In this document: positions 35,145 to 43,141 of the stretch, in pieces
Position numbering within the stretch: the stretch's first letter is position 1
How the letters are laid out: every line of letters begins with the position of its first letter
Source of the DNA: Lachnospiraceae bacterium
Lineage (GTDB): Bacteria; Bacillota; Clostridia; Lachnospirales; Lachnospiraceae
NCBI GenBank assembly: GCA_045125095.1
Contig: JBGVMW010000141.1
Location: 6,984 to 70,983 of the forward strand
Direction of reading: 5' to 3'
DNA length: 64,000 nucleotides
The notes under the pieces: generated by a model
Told to the model about the DNA's origin: nothing
Databases searched by the model: none
The model's input: only the letters and a program-made list of their open reading frames with translations
Program-made: the position numbers and the translations under genes

Positions 35145-35237
35145 GTAACTATTCAGGACAGGACTGTGCTGAACTGCACAATCCATATAAAACAGTAGTG
35201 GTAACATTGGTCAGCTATGAAGATACGGAATAGTTAC
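35145..35237 (+). repeat. Repeat D copy 1 (GTAACTATTCAGGAC...GGAATAGTTAC)
   Basis: Terminal inverted repeats GTAACTATTC/GAATAGTTAC and an internal ACAGTAGTGGTAAC. Related copies lie at 37274, 50727 (inverted) and 55054. Confidence 0.8.
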
Positions 35238-35253
35238 GAATACAAAATAAAAA

Positions 35254-35290
35254 GGGTTACCTAGTGTGAATGCTAGGTAGCTCTTTTTTT
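35254..35290 (+). terminator. pgi intrinsic terminator
   Basis: GGGTTACCTAG-TGTGAATG-CTAGGTAGCTC followed by T7. Confidence 0.8.
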
Positions 35291-35293
35291 CTA

Positions 35294-37207
35294 GTGCGCC
35301 TGGCGGCGCACGTCACTAATGGATGAAAGTTCCTAATCCGCCTTAGCAGTAGGAAGGATATAGCCAAGACCAAGGGTGTCCTTTTCATGGTAATAACCAT
35401 GATTAACGCGAGGGGAATCTGAAGGAAGGTGGAGGCAAATCTCTGGTCTGACGAACAGAAACCACATCAGGCTATAGTTAAGGATAAGGTTGCCAAACAA
35501 ACCGAAGTCCAATAGCTGCTCGGAATTAACTATAGTAAATGTGGCAGATATATGGAGAGAAAGTGATGTGTGGTACCCAGGGAGGTCTCGTCAGCGGATA
35601 GAAACAGAGTATGAAATCCGTGAGTAACAACGAATGGCGAGAAGTCAGCAGAGGTCATAGTACCATGACGGTTGCAAACGTTATGGGAAGGACTGAACTT
35701 TAGGAGGCACAAGCAATGAATGTAACTGAAAGTAGATTTAAGAACAGACAACTTCATATGGAAGACTATCTGCAAATGGTATCTGCGGAACAGAAAGAGT
35801 ATGCAGAAGTGTTCGACTACTCTAAGATTACTGAAAAGAGCGGTGTCATCACAGATTATTGGACGAACAATCTTTTGGAGCTGATTTTACGAAAAGACAA
35901 TCTTAACAAGGCATATAAACAAGTAAAATCAAACAAGGGAAGTGGTGGAATTGACGGAATGCAGGTGGATGAACTTCTGCCCTACCTAAGAGAAAACCAG
36001 GAAACCTTAATCCAAGAGTTAAGGGATGGCAAATATAAGCCCAACCCTGTTCGAAGGGTAGAAATACCCAAAGAAACAAAAGGCGAGTTTAGAAAGCTTG
36101 GAGTTCCTACAGTAGTTGACCGAGTAATACAACAGGCAATTACACAGGAGCTTACACCAATCTATGAGGAGCAATTCTCAAATAACAGTTTTGGTTTTCG
36201 CCCGAAACGAGGAGCACATGATGCCCTCAAACAATGCCAAAAGAATGTAAATGATGGCTATGTATATGTGGTGGATATGGATTTGGAAAAGTTCTTTGAC
36301 ACAGTATGCCAGAGTAAACTGATTGAGGTGTTGTCACGAACCATCAAGGATGGCAGAGTTATTTCACTGATACACAAATACCTAAATGCTGGAGTAATAG
36401 CAAAAGGGATGTTTGAACGCACGGAAATAGGAATGCCCCAAGGCGGTCCGCTTAGTCCCTTACTTAGCAATATCATGCTGAACGAGTTGGATAAGGAATT
36501 AGAACGAAGAGGACATAGAATTGTCCGTTATGCAGACGACTGCATAATATTTTGCAAAAGCAAGAAAAGTGCAGAAAGAACCTTAGAAAACATCATTCCA
36601 TTTATAGAAGAAAAGTTGTTTCTTAGAGTAAATCGGAAGAAAACAGAGGTGGCTCATATCAGTAAAGTCAAATACCTTGGTTACAGCTTTTATAGATACA
36701 AGGGAAAATGCAGATTTAGAGTACACCCGAAGTCAATTACAAAGATGAAAAATAAAATCAGAGAACTGACAGACAGAAATAATGGCATGAGCAATACGAA
36801 AAGAGAAGAGAAATACCAGCAGTTTGTAAGAGGATGGGTAAATTATTTCAAACTTGCAGACATGAAAGGACTTCTGACAAGAGTGGATGAATGGGCAAGG
36901 CGCAGAATAAGAGCGGTTTATTGGAAACAATGGAAAAGGATAAGGACACGATACCGCATACTAAGAAAACTAAAATTGGAACACTGGCAAGCGATAAAAC
37001 TTGCAAATAGCAGATGTGGTTATTGGAGAATGGCAGAGATACTAAGCACAGTAATCACAAATAAAATAATAGCCAAACTGGGATATACATCCATGCTTGA
37101 CTATTATCTGATAGTTTGTGAAAACTAAGGAACCGCCCAGTACCGAACGGTATGCTGGGTGGTGTGAGAGGTCGGCTAATCAACTAATGGTTAGTCTCCT
37201 ACTCGAT
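35294..37207 (+). mobile_element. Group II intron, class C-like (3' boundary +/-5 nt)
   Basis: 5' GTGCG at 35294, 3 nt after the terminator T-run. It carries an internal RT/maturase ORF. Domain V candidate at 37131-37162 has a CGC triad with a G-U wobble and a 2-nt 3'-strand bulge. A domain VI-like helix ends near 37200. Confidence 0.8.
35716..37128 (+). CDS. Group II intron reverse transcriptase/maturase (no endonuclease domain)
   Basis: RT blocks: GIDGM, RRVEIPK, LGVPTVVDRVIQQA, FGFRP, MDLEKFFD, PQGGPLSPLLSN and the YADD box (VRYADDCIIF). Maturase X region RGWVNYFK. No HNH Cys pairs at the C-terminus. Confidence 0.92.
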   Translation: MNVTESRFKNRQLHMEDYLQMVSAEQKEYAEVFDYSKITEKSGVITDYWTNNLLELILRKDNLNKAYKQVKSNKGSGGIDGMQVDELLPYLRENQETLIQELRDGKYKPNPVRRVEIPKETKGEFRKLGVPTVVDRVIQQAITQELTPIYEEQFSNNSFGFRPKRGAHDALKQCQKNVNDGYVYVVDMDLEKFFDTVCQSKLIEVLSRTIKDGRVISLIHKYLNAGVIAKGMFERTEIGMPQGGPLSPLLSNIMLNELDKELERRGHRIVRYADDCIIFCKSKKSAERTLENIIPFIEEKLFLRVNRKKTEVAHISKVKYLGYSFYRYKGKCRFRVHPKSITKMKNKIRELTDRNNGMSNTKREEKYQQFVRGWVNYFKLADMKGLLTRVDEWARRRIRAVYWKQWKRIRTRYRILRKLKLEHWQAIKLANSRCGYWRMAEILSTVITNKIIAKLGYTSMLDYYLIVCEN

Positions 37208-37273
37208 TATTAGGAAGTTACAATATTATATTGTAGGCTATTTTATTTAAATATTTCTTAGTATAGAAAAATG

Positions 37274-37373
37274 GTAACTATTCAGGACGGCCTGTATGAA
37301 ACAGTAGTGGTAACAGGCAAAAATCCATCAACGCAGGTGATTCTGTATGGATTTTTGCTCGTAACATAGTTAC
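37274..37373 (+). repeat. Repeat D copy 2
   Basis: GTAACTATTCAGGACGG...ACAGTAGTGGTAAC...GCAAAAATCCAT/ATGGATTTTTGC inner hairpin...AGTTAC. Confidence 0.8.
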
Positions 37374-37485
37374 GAAAAATGTGATGCGCACTTGCACAAG
37401 AGGAGGATACGACCAATAATTATATTTGTTCTAACTAAATATTATGGTATAATGTATGTTTGAATGATAGCAAAGGAGAAGAAAG

Positions 37486-38241
37486 ATGTATTATATTGCA
37501 GTGTGTGATGATAATAAGGAATTTTTGGATGCAATTGGAAATACCATAAGAGAAAATCCAGAGTATGAATCCAATATGACATGCCATGAATTTATAAGTG
37601 GCAATGAACTGTTGAATTCTGCGGTGGAAACATATAATTTAGTAATTCTTGATATGCAGATGGATCAGATAAATGGTTTTGATACAGCAAAGAAAATCAG
37701 AGAAAAAAATGAAGATGCGGTATTAGCCTTTTGTTCTGGGATGGTTGCACCGCAACCGGAGCATTTTGAGGTGCAGCCATATCGTTATATTATGAAGAAA
37801 TTAGACACTTTTAAAATGCAGAAAACGATTTCCGAATTGTTGATAGAAATGAAGCGGAGAAAGAAAAACAATGTTATAGAAGTGGTAAGCGATGGAAAAG
37901 CCTATAGAGTGAATCTTAAGGATATCGTGTATGTGTACAGGCGGAATAGAGGCAGCGTTTTTGTGGTGGAACAGAGTGGCATAGATGGTGTTGTACGATA
38001 TGAAGAAATACAAAGTAATGAAAAATTAGCGGACTGGTACCAGCAACTTGCAGAAGAAGGATTTGAATTCGCCCACACAAGCTACATGGTCAACATGCAG
38101 AAAATAATTAGTATAGTGAAGGATGATATAAGAATGAGTAACAATCAGCTTTTGCGAATAACGAGAACGTGTAAACAAAAATTTCATGAAAGATTCTCAT
38201 ATTATTTTAGCAAAAAATACAGGAGGGATACAGATAAATGA
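37486..38241 (+). CDS. agrA: LytTR-family response regulator (AgrA-like)
   Basis: REC domain (IAVCDDNKEF, LVILDMQM) plus a LytTR C-terminal domain (IEVVSDGKAYRVNLKDIVYV...). Confidence 0.85.
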   Translation: MYYIAVCDDNKEFLDAIGNTIRENPEYESNMTCHEFISGNELLNSAVETYNLVILDMQMDQINGFDTAKKIREKNEDAVLAFCSGMVAPQPEHFEVQPYRYIMKKLDTFKMQKTISELLIEMKRRKKNNVIEVVSDGKAYRVNLKDIVYVYRRNRGSVFVVEQSGIDGVVRYEEIQSNEKLADWYQQLAEEGFEFAHTSYMVNMQKIISIVKDDIRMSNNQLLRITRTCKQKFHERFSYYFSKKYRRDTDK

Positions 38242-39539
38242 TAGATATAGGAATTGGGTTTTTCATCTGTATCTTTGAAATATATGTATATTATGATTTT
38301 CTTCAAGATATTTTAGAGAAGCGATTGGAAAATAAATGTGTCATAGGTGCAACATTGGGATTTATGGCGGTAGCATTATATGTAATAAATCAGTTTGACA
38401 TATCACAAATAAATTTAATTGGAGTACCATTGCTATTTTTCTTTGGAATTGTGATTTTGTTTTGTGGAAACTGGAAAACGAAAATTTCATATTGCTTAAT
38501 GCTTTACATTATTATGTTAAGTATGGAATTTGTTGCAGGAATTTTGTTTATGGCGATTCGTAATGATGATTTTTTAACAGTGGAAAAGAATCCATTTGGA
38601 AACTTTTTTCTAATAATTATTACGAAATTATTATCCTATGTTGCGTTGCGGTTGATTCGGTTATTTATAAACCGCAAAGAAATTGGTATGCGTGGAAAAC
38701 TCTTAAAGATGGCATTTCTTCTTCCAATCACAACAATTTTGCTTTATACAGGTTTGTTTTATGCAAATATACAGATAGGGAGAGGAAAAATCATTCTTAG
38801 TATTGGTTGTATTCTTTTATTATTTTCAAATGTTCTGGTATTTTATATTATTGAAAAATTAACCTGTGTAATGGAACAGAACAGTGAATATGAGATGATG
38901 GAGCTGCAAAATTCACTTACTCATGTATATTATAGTAAGCTTGAAGAAGTGGGGATTCGTCACAAGAAATATGCCCATGATTTGAAGGAATATCTACAGA
39001 CAATAGGTGGTCTTGCTGCTAAATGTAAAAGCCATGAAATTGTAGAAATTTTAAAGGACATGGAGGTGGAAATTGATAGTATACCGGATAAGCTGTATAC
39101 AAGTAACAATATATTGAATGCGCTACTCTGCGAAAAGGAATTGCAAGCAGAGCGAAAGGGCGTCGCTTTTTATATTCTAATAGAGCCGGAATTGCATTTG
39201 GATAAAATAAAAAGTGGAGACTTGATTGTGATGGTGGGAAATCTGCTGGATAATGCAATAGAAGGGGCTGCTATGTGTAAAGATAAGAAAAAAATAGATT
39301 TGCAGTTATTTGAATCGGATGGAAATTTCGTTGTGCTGTATATGGAAAATACTTATGGCAATGTTATCAGGAGAAAAGGGGAAACATTTCTATCAACCAA
39401 GAAGGATGCAAAGAATCATGGAATTGGCATAAAAAGTGTTCGGGAAATTGCTGAAAAATATGGCGGATTATTGTTTTTGGAACAAAAAGAGGATGTATTT
39501 GTTACCATTTTGACATTATCAAAAGCATATCAGGAGTAA
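38238..39539 (+). CDS. agrC: AgrC-like (HPK10) membrane histidine kinase
   Basis: About 6 N-terminal TM segments, H-box RHKKYAHDLKEYL, and GHKL motifs LLDNAIEGA and HGIGIKSV. Confidence 0.8.
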   Translation: MIDIGIGFFICIFEIYVYYDFLQDILEKRLENKCVIGATLGFMAVALYVINQFDISQINLIGVPLLFFFGIVILFCGNWKTKISYCLMLYIIMLSMEFVAGILFMAIRNDDFLTVEKNPFGNFFLIIITKLLSYVALRLIRLFINRKEIGMRGKLLKMAFLLPITTILLYTGLFYANIQIGRGKIILSIGCILLLFSNVLVFYIIEKLTCVMEQNSEYEMMELQNSLTHVYYSKLEEVGIRHKKYAHDLKEYLQTIGGLAAKCKSHEIVEILKDMEVEIDSIPDKLYTSNNILNALLCEKELQAERKGVAFYILIEPELHLDKIKSGDLIVMVGNLLDNAIEGAAMCKDKKKIDLQLFESDGNFVVLYMENTYGNVIRRKGETFLSTKKDAKNHGIGIKSVREIAEKYGGLLFLEQKEDVFVTILTLSKAYQE

Positions 39540-39612
39540 AAAAGGTTTACCATGTCACTATCTTAGGGACATGATAAATCTTTTTTTTATATACTAGGAA
39601 AACTTCTTTTTG

Positions 39613-39657
39613 TGTCGATTTTGTCGATTTAGATGTCGATTTTGTAAAGCGTATAAT
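39613..39657 (+). promoter_or_regulatory. Candidate LytTR (AgrA) direct repeats plus -10 of an activator-dependent agrDB promoter
   Basis: TGTCGATTT occurs at 39613, 39622 and 39634. The first and third are 21 bp apart, the 9-bp repeat plus 12-bp spacer geometry. TATAAT is at 39652-39657 with no good -35. Confidence 0.55.
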
Positions 39658-39719
39658 TATAAACGAACTGGTTACCGACATACAGAGTGAAGCTATTTGT
39701 ATATTGGTGGAGGTGTAAA

Positions 39720-39878
39720 ATGAAAAGACGTGTACAAAAGTTTTTTGAAAAGCTGCATGTGTATTCCTGGGTGAATGCACTGGCGATGTTTTTAGCAATT
39801 GATACTGTCAATTCAGCATGTATATGGGTGATGTATCAACCAGATGTTCCAGAAGAACTAGAAGAATATAAGAAATAG
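39720..39878 (+). CDS. agrD: AgrD-like autoinducing peptide precursor
   Basis: 52 aa: an amphipathic leader, then ...TVNSACIWVMYQPDVPEELEEYKK. The Cys + 4 residues (CIWVM) are followed by a P/acidic recognition tail as in staphylococcal AgrD (…DEVEVPKEL). RBS is GGTGGAGGTG. Confidence 0.75.
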   Translation: MKRRVQKFFEKLHVYSWVNALAMFLAIDTVNSACIWVMYQPDVPEELEEYKK

Positions 39879-39882
39879 TATC

Positions 39883-40458
39883 ATGGTACATAATATTGCA
39901 GCCAGAATAATTGATTGGCAGATTGAGAAAGGATATTTAAAAGACAATGAACGGAACAAATATGTGTATGCATATGAGATATTGTTGAATCAATTGTTGA
40001 ATTTATGTATTGCTGCTTTTCTAGCACTGTTGTCCCATACATTTATGGAAGTGATGGTGTTTCTATTGGTGTATGTACCTGTGCGCAAATATGCGGGTGG
40101 ATTTCATGCAGAGAGTAATGGGAAATGTGTGATATATTCCTCTATAATAATTGTAGTTGTTATTTTATCAAATAAGTTATTGAATTCGTATACAAATGGT
40201 TTTCATGCAATTATGGGAATATGTACATATGTATTGCTAGCAGGTGTGTGGTATATGGCACCAGTTGAAGCCGTAAACAAAAAATTAAATATAGAGGAAA
40301 GGGGGAGATACCGGAAAAGAGTACGGATGTTTTGTATAATACATGCAGCACTTATCCTGCTGAATGTATGTGTGTTTAAGATGACATATATATCGATCAA
40401 TTTTTTATTGGGATATATAACAGTATTTATTGTTTTAGTGATGAAATATAAAAAATAA
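39883..40458 (+). CDS. agrB: AgrB (AIP-processing membrane peptidase)
   Basis: YAYEILLNQLLN...VPVRKYAGGFHAES with the conserved His/Cys region, and 4-6 TM segments. Confidence 0.88.
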   Translation: MVHNIAARIIDWQIEKGYLKDNERNKYVYAYEILLNQLLNLCIAAFLALLSHTFMEVMVFLLVYVPVRKYAGGFHAESNGKCVIYSSIIIVVVILSNKLLNSYTNGFHAIMGICTYVLLAGVWYMAPVEAVNKKLNIEERGRYRKRVRMFCIIHAALILLNVCVFKMTYISINFLLGYITVFIVLVMKYKK

Positions 40459-40476
40459 AAAAGGTGGAGTTAGAGT

Positions 40477-41391
40477 ATGAAAAGATATTAAAAAAAAGTA
40501 GTTGGAGTATTTACTGCGTTAGCATTGTGTTTCTGTATGTTTCAGGTGAATGGAACAGAGGTATATGCAGACACGACGATTACAGGGAACAATACAAAGG
40601 AGACCGCATATAGCTATGGCAAATGGTCGTCCATTAATTCTAATTATGCAGTTGTGGTTTTAGAAGGTGGACAAGAGGAATCGTGGTTGAAGTTTACCTT
40701 AAGCCCGGGGGAGAAGATTTATTTAAGAGCGACGTATAAGGAAGATTTTGAAGGAGAATGGTTTGAGATACAGGATGGAGTAGGGAATACAATAGGAAAA
40801 CCACAATATACACCTGAAGATGTGTATAATATAGATTCTATTACGCCATGTGTATATTTGGATTGTGACAATGATTCAACTTCTACAAAAACATACTATT
40901 TGGTGTTGCATAGGGGAAGCGTAGATGAAGATAAGAATATCTATTGTTCGTTTTCTGCTTATAATAGAATAAAAACAGCATCTACCACTGTTTCTATTTC
41001 GGGAACAGCGTCTAATGCAGGAAATAAAAGCTTGAACCTGTCTGGGGTGAATTCTTCTATTATTACAGTAGATTTAGCGAAGAATACAACGCTTCCTGAT
41101 AAAGCGATTGTAACAAGTATTTCTACATCTGGAACACAATCGCCAAGTCAGGGAAATGTACATCATATGATTATGCCAGCAAGTAATGGAATCTGGTATA
41201 CATCTACCATTACCAGCGCCACAAGTGGTTCTTATGATATAGATATAAATGATAATATTCCGGTTAAGCAATTGTGGAGCTTTCGATATAATGCAAAGGC
41301 TACAGCAAAATCAACAATGAAGAATGTAAAGTTGAAAATGAAATTTCAATACGATTTACATGATAATGGATATGAAAAATATATAGATTAG
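40477..41391 (+). CDS. Secreted protein of unknown function (PPC-like beta-sandwich N-domain); signal peptide interrupted by an in-frame TAA at 40489
   Basis: After the GGTGGAG RBS, the frame reads MKRY*KKVVGVFTALALCFCMFQVNGTEVYA/DTT. Downstream, KETAYSY...ESWLKFTLSPGEKIYL resembles pre-peptidase C-terminal domains. The uninterrupted ORF starts only at TTG 40525. Confidence 0.55.
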
Positions 41392-41402
41392 GGGGTGACA
41401 CA

Positions 41403-42434
41403 ATGAGTAGTATAACAACTACAGATTATTATAGTTGTATACCAGCAGGCAGAGATTTAAACAATCTGCCTGCCGGTTCCTCTGCTGATACAACAGTGGG
41501 CTATCAGAGTTCAATGACAGAAGAAGATCGCTTGGTGAGAAAAATATTGCAAGCGCATTATGACAAAGTGTATAAGGAAAATTTATCGCATTCTGATCCG
41601 ATGGCATATGTGCGTTCAAAGTATTGTGATGTAACATCACCTAACTTCTGTTATTATATGACGGAAGATCAGAGATCGGCAGCCTATATGAATGAAAGAC
41701 GAATGTTAGAAACAGGTGGAAAGCATACTTCAGGATTTGGGAGATTTGATTATGCATTGCGCAATTATGAAGGTATCTATACCGGTGGTTCGAGTAGTAT
41801 AGGTTATAAACGTAATACAGATAAAGAAAAACAATACGCCCGCAGTGTGGTAAACCAGCAGATAGCAAAGCTTTTTTCTGAAAATGGAATACAATTGAGC
41901 AAGGACATGGACGTAACATTTACCATTGATCCATATAAGTATAAATTGAAAGTAACCGGAAATGTGGATGAAGACACAGCTTCATTAATGGAAAAGCTAT
42001 TGAATGAGGGAGACAATGGAAAAAATATATGGTTCCATGCATGGCGTTGCATGCATGATGCAGATAATGAGATTGTAAATTCCCAAGCGAATATGACAAA
42101 AGCGAATCAAGCGTCTTTGTGGCGGACATTTTACAATGCAACAGGGTATGATATCAGAACCGTCAGCTATGAAAATGGCACATATGTAATGGAAGATGGA
42201 ACAGATATCCTAGCACTGTTTAAGGAAAAGTCAGATGGCATAGTCTATGATTTGTATGCAGATAGATTTATGGACTATGTAAAAAATGGATGGAATGAAG
42301 AAAATGACTTAGTGATAGAGATTGGTTTCAATAGCAGTGGTTTATATGATATAGGTCAGTCGAAGGGATATGGAGCAACCCAAAGTGCATGGATTGATAG
42401 CCAGAACACAACTATTTTTGATGCAAAAGTATAA
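41403..42434 (+). CDS. Hypothetical protein (343 aa, no signal peptide or TM)
   Basis: A long ORF with a GGGGG-type RBS 11 nt after the upstream stop. No family recognised. Confidence 0.6.
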   Translation: MSSITTTDYYSCIPAGRDLNNLPAGSSADTTVGYQSSMTEEDRLVRKILQAHYDKVYKENLSHSDPMAYVRSKYCDVTSPNFCYYMTEDQRSAAYMNERRMLETGGKHTSGFGRFDYALRNYEGIYTGGSSSIGYKRNTDKEKQYARSVVNQQIAKLFSENGIQLSKDMDVTFTIDPYKYKLKVTGNVDEDTASLMEKLLNEGDNGKNIWFHAWRCMHDADNEIVNSQANMTKANQASLWRTFYNATGYDIRTVSYENGTYVMEDGTDILALFKEKSDGIVYDLYADRFMDYVKNGWNEENDLVIEIGFNSSGLYDIGQSKGYGATQSAWIDSQNTTIFDAKV

Positions 42435-42619
42435 AGCTGCTATAGGTATAAAAGGTATTCAATTTGATGATAGAAATTGGATGCCTTTTTGATTGTAAAA
42501 GATGGGTGTGGCTATTTTTTGTTACAGATTTATTAAGAACTATTGACAAGATATAGTATTGTTGGGTAAAATTTCATAGAATAAAAGCTGACCGGTGTAG
42601 CCAGCAGAATAGAGGAATT

Positions 42620-43132
42620 ATGAAAAATAACGTAGTATTTATTGGAATGCCGGGAGTGGGGAAAAGTACAATTGGCGTGGTCATAGCAAAAAGATTAGGC
42701 TATCATTTTATCGATTCAGATATATTGATTCAGGAACAGGAAAATAGATTGTTAAAAGAAATCATTGCAGAAGAAGGTCTGGAAGGATTCATTGAGGTGG
42801 AAGGCAGAGTAAATGCGAACATCGAGACAGAACGTGCCGTAATTGCTACAGGTGGAAGTGTGGTGTACCATGAAGGTGCCATGAAACATTTGAAAGAAAT
42901 TGGATTGGTGGTGTATCTCAAAGTATCTTACAAGGAGTTAGAGAATCGTTTAGGCGATTTACGGGAGCGTGGTGTTGCCTTAAAGGAGGGACAGACGTTA
43001 CTTGATTTATATAGAGAGAGAACGGCTCTTTATGAAAAATATGCAGATGTGGTTGTGGAAGAGGACGGAAAAAACATTGATGAGACCATTGATGCAGTAA
43101 AAGCGGCAGTCGCAGGGCGATTGGTTGAATAG
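42620..43132 (+). CDS. aroK: Shikimate kinase
   Basis: Walker A GMPGVGKST and the DSD motif (FIDSDILI). Confidence 0.9.
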   Translation: MKNNVVFIGMPGVGKSTIGVVIAKRLGYHFIDSDILIQEQENRLLKEIIAEEGLEGFIEVEGRVNANIETERAVIATGGSVVYHEGAMKHLKEIGLVVYLKVSYKELENRLGDLRERGVALKEGQTLLDLYRERTALYEKYADVVVEEDGKNIDETIDAVKAAVAGRLVE

Positions 43133-43141
43133 GAGAACCAA

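Noticed and set aside
35530-35775. 81-aa ORF antisense within the group II intron 5' region, and the 36258-36476 and 36733-36930 antisense ORFs
   Set aside because: They lie inside the structured intron RNA and RT gene, with no signals.
39613-39642. Short tandem TGTCGATTT repeats considered as a CRISPR or other repeat array
   Set aside because: There are only three 9-bp units with 0- and 3-bp spacers, directly upstream of a -10 box. This fits transcription-factor direct repeats, not CRISPR. No CRISPR array or cas genes occur anywhere in the window.
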